Shown: positions 37,333 to 51,296 of the stretch, piece by piece
Layout: each line of letters begins with the position of its first letter
Numbering within the stretch: the stretch's first letter is position 1
From: Octopus bimaculoides
Lineage: Eukaryota
NCBI RefSeq assembly: GCF_001194135.2
Contig: NC_068994.1
Span: 43,816,144-43,880,143, forward strand
Direction: 5' to 3'
DNA: 64,000 nucleotides
Notes under the pieces: generated by a model
Database searches by the model: none
What the model was told of the DNA's origin: nothing
What the model saw: only the letters and a program-made list of their open reading frames with translations
Position numbers and translations under genes: made by a program

Positions 37333-38760
37333 TCTCAGTGGTTGGCGTTAGGAAGGGCATCCAGCTGTAGAAACTCTGCCAAATTAGATTGGAGCCTGGT
37401 GTTGCCATCCGGTTTCACCAGTCCTCAGTCAAATCGTCCAACCCATGCTAGCATGGAAAGCGGATGTTAAACGATAATGATGATGATGATGATGATATAT
37501 ATACAAATATATATACACCTATATCTATGTATTTTAGTACAAGGCCAGCAATTTCAGGTGAGTGGGGTGTAAATGAATTACATCAACGCCAGTGTTCAAC
37601 TGGTACTTATTTTATCAATCCCCAAAAGGATGAATGGCAATGTCAACCTCAGTAGAATTTGAATTCAGAACATGACGATAGACGAAATGCTACTAAGCAT
37701 TTTTCCCAGCATGCTCACATTTCCACCCACTCACCACCTTACTAATAACTCTAATACTGAATATGATAAATGTTTAAATCTTGTTAATACTGATAAAGCA
37801 AAATCATGTTGTATGCAGTTTAACTAAAAACAGCTTATAGACGGCTTTAAGCTTGAAATGGTTAAACCAAAACTCTTTGCATTGTGTGATGAGCTGGTAG
37901 AATCATCAGTGCATTGGACACAAGATCTTTAAGAGTATAACACCTCTGGCTTTTAATGTTCGGAGTTCAAATACCTCTCAGATCAACTTTGCTTTTCATA
38001 TTTTCAGAGTTGGGAAAAAAAACGTGGTCAGTTATGTACTGGAGTTGATCTAATTGACTTGCTCCCCTCCCCAAAAATTTCAGGCCTTGTGTCTAGAGTA
38101 GGAAAGAATATTATAACTATTAATTGTGAAAAGTGGTTTTACCCCAAGGTTGTGTAAAAAAAGAACCTCCCCTTATGCTGCAGGAAGAGGAGACATTCCT
38201 AGCGACACTTTATACAAAAGAAAAATTATTTAATTTTCTTAATTGTTTGTCATTTATTTCATCAATTATATTTTCACAGAGCAAGAGCTAAATACTTTTA
38301 GTAATGAATATGAAATCCGTACCTGCAGGAGATAATGGGAAAGTATTACAGAAGCAGAATATATTCTATTTTTTGATGGATAATTAGCATCATTACATGA
38401 ATGACAACGAAATTTAATTATGCAGTCAAAGGGTTAAGTATTGAGGATGATGATATCAATTAATCCCTTCCAGCCAAATTACTGGCATTAATGCAATCAT
38501 CAAACCAAAAGATCATCCTGTATTCTAAATCAATTCAAGACAGTTTATTTGAATTATTAAAGTGTGCAATTAACAAAAAAAATAAGTAAGGTTTTACCAA
38601 CTCAAAATTAAGAAATATATGAAAGGTTTATCAACTCAATCCAATTAAAATTTTTGGACCTCAAGCAAAATTAAGGAGAACCAGCTAACAGTTCCTATTA
38701 AAGTTCAGAGTGCATTCTTCTTTATGCAATGCGTTTGATGGCATATAAGACACTTATTTT

Positions 38761-38973
38761 CTTTTCTACTATAGGCACAAGGCCCGAAATTTTTGGGGAG
38801 GGGGCCAGTCAATTGAATTGATCCCTTTAGGCAACTGGCACTTCATTTATCAACCCCAAAAGAATGAAAGGCAAAGTTGACCTCAGCGGAATTTGAACTC
38901 AGAACATAAAGACAGACAAAATACCGCTAAGCATTTCGCCCGGCGTGCTAACGTTTCTGCCAGCTCGCCTCCT
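38761..38973 (-). mobile_element. Family A SINE with a 17-bp target-site duplication
   Basis: TATAAGACACTTATTTT at 38744-38760 and again at 38974-38990. Confidence 0.9.
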
Positions 38974-39971
38974 TATAAGACACTTATTTTATCAAAAAAC
39001 AAAATGTTTCAAAAAACATTTCCATGGCCCCATATGGTGAATTGAGCCACTCATAAACTAATTTTGTCCATATGCTTGCTTTTTCTTGAATATACATTAC
39101 TGAAATTGTAGTGCATCTAAATATGCGTGTACATCTTCTATGCCATTAAATATGGTAAAGTTTCTGCAATCAAAGATGACCCAGAAACAGAGATCATAGA
39201 ATTGATTTCTTTATCAACAGAATCAATTGGACTCAGACAAAGACAAAAAATTCTTAATTGTCAAAGAACTTTGCCTAAAGCATTGCAGACATGGTTAGCT
39301 TCAAGATAATGGTGCAGTCAAATCAAACATTTGATTTACTCCAAATTCAGTAATTCATGCAAGCTTCCATGCAAAAATATTTTATACTTCTAGCAAAGAC
39401 TATTATCAAGGAAAATTTAGCAAACAATAAACAACTAAGCAAAACCAGCTTAAAACTTGAAGTGAGAGGTTATTATAAGATCCAGCACCAGAGCCCAAGT
39501 ATTCAGTACTTTTAGCTAGTGTTAGAATGTTCAGCCACTTCTGGTCCTACAATCAGAGCTTTCTTCTCCAAAACCAGTTTGAAAACTACAATGAGTGATT
39601 ATCATAAGATCCAATGCCAGAACCAGGATATTCAGTACCCCAAGCCAGGGCTACAAATGTACATCCACTTCTCCCAACCCTACAATGAAATCTTCCTTCT
39701 CTGATTTTTCACCAGCTGAAAATTCAGTAAAAAAAATTACTGTTGACTTGTGAACAAGAAATTTTTATAGTTTTATGATCATGTTACAAGGCAAAATTTG
39801 AAATATTTCCTGCCCAATTATGTATCATGTCACAACACCATACAAGCCTCTTCTTGGCCCATTGATGCCCTACATTCACATATTAAGGATTATTTCTAGA
39901 ATATACCTCCCCAATTATCCATACATCTATCTGTAACTACATATCTGTGTGTGAGTGTATGCATGTATGTA

Positions 39972-40004
<33 letters not shown>

Positions 40005-40761
40005 TAGATTGGAGCCTGGTGTAGCCATCCGGTTGCACCAGTCCTCAGTCAAATCGTCCAACCCATGCTAGCATGGAAAGCGGACGTTAAACGATGATGA
40101 TGATGATGATGAGATATATATATATATATATATATAGATAGAGAAAGAGAGAGATTTGTTCACAATATTCATTATGCCCATAGCAAAAGCTAGGGCAGAG
40201 TTCACAGCTATGTGTTGCATGATCTGTATGTATGTGTGAGTGTACACACATGTATGTATGTACATATGTGTATGTATGTGCACACCTATATATATGTCTG
40301 TGTATGTATATGTTTATGTATATATGTATGCATGTATATATGTATGTTTGTATGTAGGTTACATATTGAATAGAATCACACAGCTTGTGTAGCCAGTTTA
40401 GAAACAAGGAACAGTTTAAAAGAGATCTGGCATCAGATTAATAATAAAAGGCTATCAGGAATAGTCCATAGGAACTAAGCATATGGAACTGCCTAAGGCA
40501 AGACAAAGTTCTTCACTTAACAGACTGGCAACTTATCATCACATAGGTAGACAGGAGGGAGCAGAGTGAAACACAGAGACCAAGGGACAACATGCAATGC
40601 CAAAAGAGTTTGAACTCATGACACGTAGGCCACAGGTCTAGCATCTTTTACCCATAATGTTTCTTTCTTAGCTACCCAGATGTTGATGCTTGGCACCTAT
40701 TCAGAAGCTCTTCGAACATGTGTATAATATGCATATTACCATATGTGTGTATATATATATG

Positions 40762-40889
<128 letters not shown>

Positions 40890-41938
40890 GTATGTATTTA
40901 TGCTTTTATATGTATGTATGTGTGTGTGTGTGTGTGTATATATAATATCTATAGATATATATACATATGTATGTATGTATGCTTTTATATGTATGTATAT
41001 GTGTGTATGTATGTATATACACATATATTCATAAATATACATACCCGCACACACATATATATAAGTAGCTTGTTTTTTTTTGTTTTTAATCGTTAAACAC
41101 AAGTATAAAGATTAGTGGTGGATTTTTAAACTCTGTTGGTGTGTATGAGATGCCAAAGGACCTTGACTAGTGGCAAAATACTGCAGAGCCTGCTAGATAT
41201 TAATCTGAGGATAATTTTAGCCCTGTTTCTAACAAATTTAATAACCACATAGAAGCTCCTTCATTGGCTTGTGGCATAATGTATTACTATGTTGTACTAT
41301 ATCTTACTTACTTGACTACAAAATCTGGACAGTTTCCTCAGAGGCACAAGCCTAGTTGAGTAATTGAGGAGCTCACTAGGTGACCACATGGTTTCAGGTT
41401 CAGTCCTCAATGTAGCATCCTGAAGTGAGTGTCTTCTATTATAGCCCTTGGCCTACCAATGCCTTGTGAGTGAATTTGGTAGATGGAAATTGTGAAAAAG
41501 CCTGTCATGTAAGTGTGTGCATGTGTGCATGTCTGTGTGTCTGTGTATCTGAGTGTATGTGTGTGCATGTGCGTGTGTATATGTGTGTGTATATTTTTTG
41601 TGTTTTTTTCCCACCCCCACTACTATTTGACAACTACCATTGGTTTGTTCACATCCCTGTAACTTAGTGGTTCATAAAAAAATTGACCAATAGAAGTAGC
41701 AGACCAAATTGTTTGACTAATCCCTATAAACCAGTGCTCCAGCATGACTGAAACAAGACAAGGATAAAAGTTAAAGATCATAAGCAAGGGCATGGCTCTG
41801 TGGTAAGAAGCTTGCTTCTCAACCACATGGTTCTAGGTTCAGTCCTGCCGTGTAGCATCTTGGGTAAGTGGATTTGGTAAACAGAAACTGAAAGAAGCCT
41901 GTTGTGTGTGTGTGTGTGTGTGTGTATGTGTGTGTCTT

Positions 41939-41970
<32 letters not shown>

Positions 41971-42500
41971 ACTTTGTGGTTCGGCAAAAGAGACCAATAG
42001 ACTTAGTACTAGACTTACAAAGAATAAGTCCTGGGGTCGATTTCTTTTACTGAAAAACACTGTAAGGCAGTGCTCCAGCATGGCCGCAGTCAAAATAACT
42101 GAAACAAGTAACAGAATAACAGAATATATGTGTCTCTCAATGTGCCTACCTCTGCGCAACAGTATTCTTCCTTTGTTACTTTTCAGATACAGCTTCCACC
42201 ATCCATTACCAATAAATGCTTTTCTGTTTGTTGAAGGCAATGAGCTGGCAGAATCATTGCCACCTTAGGCAAAATGCTTAACAGCATTTCATCCATCTTT
42301 ACGTTCTGAGCTTAAATTCTTTGCCTTTCATAAGACGAAAGGTGAAGTCAACCTCGGTGGAATTTGAACTCAGAATGTAAAGACGGATAACATGCTGTTA
42401 AGCACTTCATCCGGTGTGCTAACAATTCTGCCAGCTCACCACCTTAATAATAATAACAATAATAATATTAATAATAATAATAATGATAATAAGAAGAAGA

Positions 42501-43078
42501 AGCGCTGGGACCTATATACACTGGAAGCTATGCCAACACTATGGAATAACAACAGGAAAAAGATGGTATAAACACACACCAGAAAAGGTCACAGAAAACG
42601 AGAAAGCAACCATACTCTGGGATATGCCAATACACACAGATAGAGAAATTAAGGCAAATAGACCAGATATAGTTGTCAAAGATCATGAAGAAAAAAAATG
42701 CTTTCTAATTGATGTATCAATACCAGCAGATGACAATGTTTCCCTAAAAGAAATGGAGAAGCTTTCAAAATACAAAGACCTGGAAATAGAGGTAACTCGA
42801 ATGTGGAATCTAAAAACAGAAACAATTCCTATCATAGTAGGTGCTTTAGGTATAATAAAAAAAATATTCAGACAAATACATAACAAAAACACCAGAACTT
42901 ACAAATATATATAACATACAGAAAATTGCACTACTGGGCACTGCACACATCCTACGCAAAACACTTTCAATACAGTAACCATAAGAGCATCACAACAAAC
43001 CACAGCACATACCCAAGGCACACAGAGCTGCGCTCGGTAGTGAAGTGAAAGCACGTTATAAAAATAAAACTACTGAAC
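42501..43078 (+). mobile_element. 5'-truncated non-LTR retrotransposon, R4/Dong-like, restriction-like endonuclease (RLE) C-terminus and 3' UTR, embedded in (TAA)n
   Basis: IHWKLCQHYG..WYKHTP..ENE..ILWD..TDREIKANRPDIVV..LIDVSIP..EKLSKYKDL..W..IPIIVGALG, then after a frameshift QKIALLGTAHILRKTLSIQ* (stop 42978). (AAT)n tracts on both sides. Confidence 0.9.
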
Positions 43079-43117
<39 letters not shown>

Positions 43118-44887
43118 GATAATTTCTCAATCATATGTAATATCACTAATTTGTTGGGAAGGATTGTAGGAAGGAAATGTATTACAATTTTCTTTTTATA
43201 TAAAAACCAGTGAAAGCTTTTGATCTCACTTGTAGCCATCTCCAAAGACGAGGTGTTAAGCTAATGTCAGTAGCAGTGAGAAAATGTAAGAACCACAGTG
43301 AATGGCATCACTTCTTTAATAACTTAAGCTGAAGGATGTGAAGGAGTGATTGATTGGCTTAAAGTAGGCTGTCGTGTTTGTGATTGACTGGTGTTTAGAG
43401 TATTGATTACACTGATTGAACTTATCTATATTCAAAGGCATGCTGAGACAATGCTTTTTTTTTTTTTTAAGAAGGTAGGATGAAAGATGGGGGGGGGGGG
43501 GAGATTTAGCTGCTATTTTTAGCAGAATTGTGCAGTTATGTAGTGACTCCTTCACTGACAATGTCATAAAGAGTAAAAGAAAAGTAATGTATAAAGGACT
43601 TTAATCTATGTTCTTAATTTTTTAAATATTTCTATAAATTGCTAATTTTAATGTTTTAATGCTGGAAAATTTTATTTATATTTTGAGTATTTTTTTCATC
43701 AATCATCTTTTACTTGTTTCACTCATTAGACTGCAGCCATACTGGGGCACTACCTTGAAGAATTTTAGTTCAACAACCTCAGTTCTTGTTTATTTATTTA
43801 TTTATTTATTTGTTGAAAACTCGGTTATATTTCTATCAGTCACTCTTGCCAAACCTTTAGGTTACAGGAATGTAAACACACCTACAATGGTTGTCAAGTG
43901 ATGGTAGAGGACAAAACACANNNNNNNNNNNNNNNNNNNNNNNNNNNNNNNNNNNNNNNNNNNNNNNNNNNNNNNNNNNNNNNNNNNNNNNNNNNNNNNN
44001 NNNNNNNNNNNNNNNNNNNNNNNNNNNNNNNNNNNNNNNNNNNNNNNNNNNNNNNNNNNNNNNNNNNNNNNNNNNNNNNNNNNNNNNNNNNNNNNNNNNN
44101 NNNNNNNNNNNNNNNNNNNNNNNNNNNNNNNNNNNNNNNNNNNNNNNNNNNNNNNNNNNNNNNNNNNNNNNNNNNNNNNNNNNNNNNNNNNNNNNNNNNN
44201 NNNNNNNNNNNNNNNNNNNNNNNNNNNNNNNNNNNNNNNNNNNNNNNNNNNNNNNNNNNNNNNNNNNNNNNNNNNNNNNNNNNNNNNNNNNNNNNNNNNN
44301 NNNNNNNNNNNNNNNNNNNNNNNNNNNNNNNNNNNNNNNNNNNNNNNNNNNNNNNNNNNNNNNNNNNNNNNNNNNNNNNNNNNNNNNNNNNNNNNNNNNN
44401 NNNNNNNNNNNNNNNNNNNNNNNNNNNNNNNNNNNNNNNNNNNNNNNNNNNNNNNNNNNNNNNNNNNNNNNNNNNNNNNNNNNNNNNNNNNNNNNNNNNN
44501 NNNNNNNNNNNNNNNNNNNNNNNNNNNNNNNNNNNNNNNNNNNNNNNNNNNNNNNNNNNNNNNNNNNNNNNNNNNNNNNNNNNNNNNNNNNNNNNNNNNN
44601 NNNNNNNNNNNNNNNNNNNNNNNNNNNNNNNNNNNNNNNNNGGACGTAATTCAATACTGCAAGGAACTTAGTAACCACTATCTACCTCTTCTGTTTTCAA
44701 CTAGTTTGTTCTAGATAGTTTATAAATTGATGTTTTCATGTTAAGGATTTTCTGTTCCGTTTCCAATGATAAATAGGGGAAGAGTTGTTCCCCTTTAAAT
44801 ATTTATTGATTTTCATGTGTGTGTGCGCGTGTGCGTGTACATGCTCGCACAAATATCTATCTATCTCTCTCTCTATCTATCTATCTC

Positions 44888-44922
<35 letters not shown>

Positions 44923-45131
44923 AACTAGCTAGCTAACTAGCTAGCTAGCTATCTATTTATCTGTCTATCTGTCTGCACTACAATCAAAGAATATGTGACA
45001 TCACCAACCAATCATTCTAACATTCCTGGAAGTGAAGTTAGTTTGAATGAATCAAGATTCTGTTTTGTATGGTACTTGTGCATGCACTCACACACACAGA
45101 ATCACATGTACACATATACATTCATATGCAT

Positions 45132-45168
<37 letters not shown>

Positions 45169-45690
45169 ATTCAACTTGGGGTTTCATTTCCATCAGCTTG
45201 CTTGAGTATCGCTTTCTTCTTGTGTTGTTATTCGCATAAACAAACTATTTAATATTAAAATTGGAATGTTTCTGTATAAAATATCCACATGTGATAAAAA
45301 CAAAAAAAAAAGGAACTCACTTAATCTGTCATAAACTCCTAACTGTACCAAAACGACAAGTAGCAGAAGATACAAAATTATACACACAGCTAAGATTTAT
45401 AGAGAAAGTAATCCTCTGGATGTTACCATGTCTGAGAATGCATCCACTTCTGAACTGTTTATATGACAATGTCTATATTTAAGTTCAAATCTTCCAATTA
45501 TTATTTTTTCCAAGAGCATTTTAATTTTAATAAGTTTCATGTATCAGTTTTGTAACTCAGAAATTACTGTATTTGCTCATATATAAGATATGCTCTCACA
45601 TAACCCCTTACAATTTTCATGGAAAGAAAGTTTATTTTGTGGAAAAAGCAAATTTAATATCTTTATCATCTTCATCATATTCAAACACAT

Positions 45691-45808
45691 TATAATGCAC
45701 CTGAGCACATTGTTGTATGCCTGAGCCCTTTGTAGTGCATCTAAGTACATTGTAGTGCACCTGAGCACATCATAGTGCATCTGAGCACATCATAGTGCAT
45801 CTGAGCAC
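45691..45808. repeat. 20-bp minisatellite, about 6 units (CTGAGCACATTGTAGTGCAT)
   Basis: Units in register at 45701, 45721, 45741, 45761, 45781 and 45801. Confidence 0.9.
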
Positions 45809-46277
45809 TATATACAATAAGTTCATTATTATTTTTAGACTCTCAGTATCCCACCCATAATACAGTCACATTAGAAGCAAGACAATTTTTGTTACATTTA
45901 AGAATAAAATAACCACATCTTATACACCAACATGGATGGTAGTTATTTTAGTCGATGCATCAAAATTCTTGATTATTTTCTAAATCGAAAGAAAATACAT
46001 TGACCATGTTTTTCGGTAAAAATAAAAGAATAAAAGCATTAAATATTTACAGTCCATTTGAGAATGTTTTAATGAAAATGAAGAGAAAAAAAATATAAAA
46101 GTTTTGAAGATGTACTTGTCTGGAGTAACTTTGCTTGAGATGGTGCATAGCTTGGAGAGCAAGGAGTCTCTCCAGACCATGCAACTACTTCTCTGCACTA
46201 AAGGCCCTACTCCAATACTACAGGCATGTAACTAGAATAGGAGAGTATTGTAGTTAACTTGAATCATTGTGCATTGT

Positions 46278-46627
46278 TTGTAAATAATAAAAAGTCTTGA
46301 ATGGTACAACAATGCACTATAATACAAAAAATTGGATTATATTCCTGTTGTAATTTAGTTATCCATAGTCCAATGATATTTCAGAATACAATTCCTTCTT
46401 CAGATATTCTTAGATGGAGTTGCTGCTATAATCTGTTTTCCAACGGCTTTTCTTTTTTCGGAAGCGTCTCAGCAATGGTAGCGACTCCATCTAAGAATAT
46501 CTGACGAAGGAATTGTATTCCGAAATATCATCGGACTATGGATAACTAAATTACAACAGGTATATAGTCCATCTTTTTGTATTATAGTGCATTGTTGTAC
46601 CATTCAAAACTTTTTCATTCTTTACAA
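46278..46627. mobile_element. Inverted repeat (arms 46278-46424 and 46480-46627, 55-bp spacer) with minimal hammerhead-like cores facing outward
   Basis: 8 differences over the 126-bp core counted by eye. Plus arm: CTGACGA A GGAAT-TGT-ATTCC GAAA TATC at 46501-46529. Minus arm: CTGAAGA core at 46403-46397. Confidence 0.85.
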
Positions 46628-46840
46628 TTAGAATGTTGTAGGAAAGGATTGCAAGATAGATTCTTCAGACCAAAAACCAAACGGCAGAAGATCTAGAAAT
46701 AAACCCCTAGGTCACTCTTTGGAATTCAGCCAGAAAGTCTAATGGCAGTGGCTTCTGGCAGGACCCTATGGAGAAGCGACCCAAGAACTCGAATCCCACA
46801 ACCATTCCAGGAATACTCAGGATTAGTGAACAGAAAAGTT

Positions 46841-47025
46841 GGATGGATGGATGGATGGACAGACGGACAGGTGGCTAGCTGGCTGGATGGATGGACAGAT
46901 GGATGGCTGGCTAGACCGGTGGATGGATGGATGGACGGACAGACAGGTGGCTGGATGGATGGATGGATGGACAGATGGATGGCTGGCTAGACCGGTGGAT
47001 GGATGGATGGATACTTGGCTGGCAA
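46841..47025. repeat. Compound (GGAT/GGAC/GGCT)n satellite with a duplicated block of about 75 bp
   Basis: ggatggacagatggatggctggctagaccggtggatggatggatgga occurs twice. Confidence 0.9.
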
Positions 47026-48253
47026 GTGAGTAGATCTGAGACTGTGTTGAAATTTAAACAATTACAGCATAAAAGACACATATTGGCAATTCAAAAATGC
47101 ACAAAGACTGTTATCTTCACTTAAACATTTATGATTTTTTGATGACAACGAATAACAGTAAATGCTTTTGTGAAGTTTACAGTTTTTGTGTCTTTTTCAA
47201 TGGCTAATGTTTCTTCCATTCTGTAATTGTATAAGAAAAATAGTTTCTCTTGAAGAATTTTTTTTCTCTGTGATGGGGAAACTGCTATTTCTATTCATAT
47301 TACAGTTAATATGATACCATTAATTATTAATCAGTGTAAACAAATCAAAATTAACACCTAATTTTATTGATTTCTAACATCAATGTTTAATATTTTACTG
47401 TATTGCTTGAATAAAATTTTCAAAGTTTTAGGAAACTTTATACGAAATGATACAAGGGAGGTAACTCTATTAGTCTTATATTGGAATAATGTCATGAAGG
47501 CATAGTTAATGCGTGTGTTTCTATGCGCGCATGATGCGTGTGTGCGACTTTTAAATCTTACTCGTTTCAGTCAATGGACTGCGGCCATGCTGGAGCACCA
47601 CCTCGAAAAGTTTAGTTGCATAAATCGACTCCAGTACTTATGTTATAACGCCTGGTACTTATTCTATCAGTCTCTTAGGCCGAGCCGCTAGGTTGTGGGT
47701 ACGTAAACAAACCGATGTCAAACGGTTGTGGGGACCAACACAAGCACAAGGACACACACATACACATACACGCGCACATATATTTATATAAAACGAGCTT
47801 CTTTCTACCAAATCCACTCACAAGGCTTTGGTCGGTCCTGGGCTATCGTAGAAGACCCTTACCCAAGGTGGCACACAGTGGGACTGAACCCAGAGGCACA
47901 TGAGTAGGAAAGAAACTTTTTCTTACCTCATAGCCACATCTGCTAAAAACATGGCTGTTTGATTAAGAAGCTTGCTTTTGAATTACATAGATCTGGGTTC
48001 AGTTCCACTGCATGACACCTGGGGCAAGTGCCTTCTACTATAGCCCTGGACTAACCAAACTCTTGTAACTGAAACTGGTAGATGGAAACTATGTAGAAGG
48101 GTACTGTATTTATAAATACACATACACACACACACACACATATACAACGAGCTTCTTTCAGTTTCCGTCTACCAAATCCACTCACAAGGCTTTGGTTGGC
48201 CAGAGGCTATAGTAGAAGATATTTTCCCAAGGTACCACACAGCCACTCCAGCA

Positions 48254-48304
<51 letters not shown>

Positions 48305-48317
48305 AGAGAGAGAGAGA

Positions 48318-48718
48318 ATTCAAAGACAGGTGTCAAAGAGGGAGGTCCAGGAAGACATGGGATGAAGTATTGAAGGCTGACCTCAAAACGCTGACCCTTA
48401 AGAAAGAGATGACAGAGGCTCGAGATATGTGGCTCATTGTTGCATTCAAGAAGACCTGCCTTCCACAACATAAACGATATCCAAGGTGTTCCGTAAAAAA
48501 ACATTGGTGTCATGTAAAAAGTACTGGTGATGGTGCCATATAAAAGCACCCAGTACATTCTGTAAAATAATTGGTGATAGGAAGGGCCTCCAGCCGTAGA
48601 AACCGAGCCAAAACATACTATGGAACCTGGGGCAGCCTCCCTGTCCTTACCAGCTCCCGTCAAACCGTCCAACCCATACCGCCATGAAAAACCGACGTTA
48701 AATGGTGATGATGATGAC
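48318..48718 (+). mobile_element. RTE-clade LINE ORF C-terminus plus 3' region ending in an (ATG)n tail
   Basis: RCQRGRSRKTWDEVLKADLKTLTLKKEMTEARDMW (RGRP.KTW..V..DL..L....DR..W pattern), followed by ataaaagcaccc..ggaagggc.tccagccgtagaaac..aaaccgacgttaaatggtgatgatg. Confidence 0.65.
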
Positions 48719-50868
48719 ATACACACACGTCTGTGTGTGTGTGTCGTTGTATTTGTCCCCCTCCACTGCTTTTACAACCGGTGTTGGTGTGTTTACTTCC
48801 CCGTAAGTCCACCATTCGTTTGGCAAAAGAGACGAATCGAATAAGTACCAGACATAAAAAAACGTATAAGTTCTGGAGTGATTTGTTAGACGAAAATCCT
48901 TCAAAGCGGTGCCCCAGCATGGCCACAGTTCAATGACTGAAACAAGTAAAAGATAAACGATAAGACACTATACCATTAACTGACCAACAAAAGGGTGATC
49001 AACCAAAGAAAAGCCCCAAACCACACTAGCTAAAAACAATTTTACAATTTGTACTTAACAAAACCCTATATTTTACCATAAACAAGCAGACACGAGTTAT
49101 TTCCCTTTATACCCTTTTTTGGCAATTATCGCTAATTTCTCTCTAGAATTTTTCTGGGATTTTACTAAGCTCCTGATATGTTTAAGGCAGGCACGTGCCG
49201 TGAGTAATTTTTCAAGGTAGGCAGTTGGTGACCTTTATGTAGTAAAACACACACAAAAAAAAAATAAGCGAAACACAGATGCACGACTGAGTTGGAGGCA
49301 GATTTACTTCTGCCTTTATAACATGTAAAGAAAACGTTGCAGGAATGTACGCAACACGTGTACTGTAACGGTACTATGCATAGTTTTAATACTGAGATTG
49401 AAAGACAGGGGCGAATTATGCCTATGTAATCTACAAAACAATAAAATATTTTGCATTCTATGCATAATAATCAGAGTAACTTTCATAATTTTATTGAATT
49501 AGGTGCATATTTTGCCATAAAAGGAAAATGTTACTATCGATCTATTTCATTCAGAGTTGGCACTGTCTACCTTGCCTACCCAAAAATAATTATTCTTATC
49601 ACCCCCCTTAATCTTTAATTCATAGTATTCTATTTTTTAAAAAAAGGGAAAAAAAAAACTATTGCAGCCAGTTGGTAGACGCACATGCACACATATTCCA
49701 CCATAACTTAATTCAAGTGAAGAACCCCAAGGGATCTTCCTTTGGTCAGCCAACCATCTAAAAATAGCAACAGAAAAAGATCCCTTAAAACACACTGTCT
49801 TGCCTTTAAGAGATAGGATACATTAAATAAATAAATTTTCCAATGATAAAACTCCTGTAATGACCAGATGGTCTAGGTTGAAATACTTTTGATCAATGAT
49901 CTACTCTGCTCAGTTCAGGCAACACTGACTCGGGGTTAAACAACAGCAACAAGTCTGGAAAACATTACAGGACTATGCAATCTGCTTGAAATAACAACAG
50001 AATTTCCATCAATTCACACACTGCTGTCTTAAAAAGAGAAGGGATCCAGTTGCCAACAGTTTGTAGGCAAACATATGTATAATCATGTGTCTGTGAAGTG
50101 CTCAGCCACATGCATGTTAAAACCTCCAGCTATAGAAAATCTGCCTCAACAAATTTGCCTGACCCATGCAAGTATGGAAAAGTGAACCTTTAAACAATGA
50201 TGATGATGATGATCGTGATCATGATGGTGATGGTGGTGATGATGTAGATTTGTAAACTTTTGATAAAGATTTGTATAAATATGGAAACAATTTCCACAAG
50301 AACACATCTTCTGCCATCATACATAACCGTTTTCATTCATTCTTTCTCCAGTTCCATTAATATGAAGGCGTTAAGTTGAATTAGATATTTTATGTTGCAG
50401 AAAATATTTCTTAATATCTAAGTAATAAGTTTACAATCTAGATGAAAGTCTGCTTTAAGTGTATCCTAAGATAAGCTCTAACTTTAACCCAACACTTTTG
50501 TCTAAGAAAATAAATGCACTATTTTCAAAAACCATTTAAAGAAAGATATTGAGTCTTGTTAGATGTGAAAGACATTAATTGCAATTATGTAGACAGAAGC
50601 CATTTAAAGTAACATGTTTAGAAGTTTAGACTAATAACTTTATACTTCATAGACACTGTGCTTCGGTTGTGAAATTATGCTTATGTTCATATTCAATGAT
50701 GACCGTAAATATGTTGAAAATAACCAGGCCTTGAGCTCAAAACTAGAGCAAGCACTGTGTTTGTGTTGAGTGGCAGGAGGTTCAAACAAAACATATATAT
50801 ATAATACAGTATATATCAGAGAATCTAAAACAAATATGAGGGTCTTAGGCCTGTCACAAGTGTACAGG

Positions 50869-51296
50869 CAGAGCCGGATTAAGACCCATTGAGGCCCTAA
50901 GCATTTAAAAGATTTTGGTGCCCCCATAAAAGATTATGTAATTCAAAATATAAACAATAGCAAACCATAAAATAAATATTTTATTTTTCAAAACGAAAGA
51001 AAACAGTAAGAAGGAAAATAATGTTTATTTTTGTATACTTCCACTTTATTTATATTTTGAAAAATTTCCTCCTACTTTTTTGAATTGCTAAGTCTTTGAT
51101 CAGATCCTCAAAATTAATCTTAGGTAACACATCTGCATCTATACTTAGCAGAGATAAAGGCATCCCGAATATTATTTTAGAAAGTTTGAAGTGATTTTTT
51201 TTGTGCTGTAAACCATTTACCATTTCTGTGGTGCCCCCTCCTTCCCTTAATGCCCTAAGTACATGCTTATTTTGCTTAATGGTGAATCCAGTGCTG
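50869..51296. mobile_element. Non-autonomous hAT-type DNA transposon (MITE), 428 bp
   Basis: Imperfect TIRs CAGAGCCGGATTAA / TGAATCCAGTGCTG, and an exact 8-bp TSD TGTACAGG at 50861-68 and 51297-304. Confidence 0.85.

Noticed and set aside
39440-39650. Diverged direct repeat of about 70 bp, period about 128 bp
   Set aside because: Looks like an old local duplication; no coding or structural signal.
45691-45808. Regular 20-bp repeat as a CRISPR-like array
   Set aside because: Head-to-tail minisatellite with no unique spacers; eukaryotic context with no cas genes.
49188-49700. Second hAT-like element starting CAGGCACGTGCCG
   Set aside because: The right terminus and TSD could not be identified.
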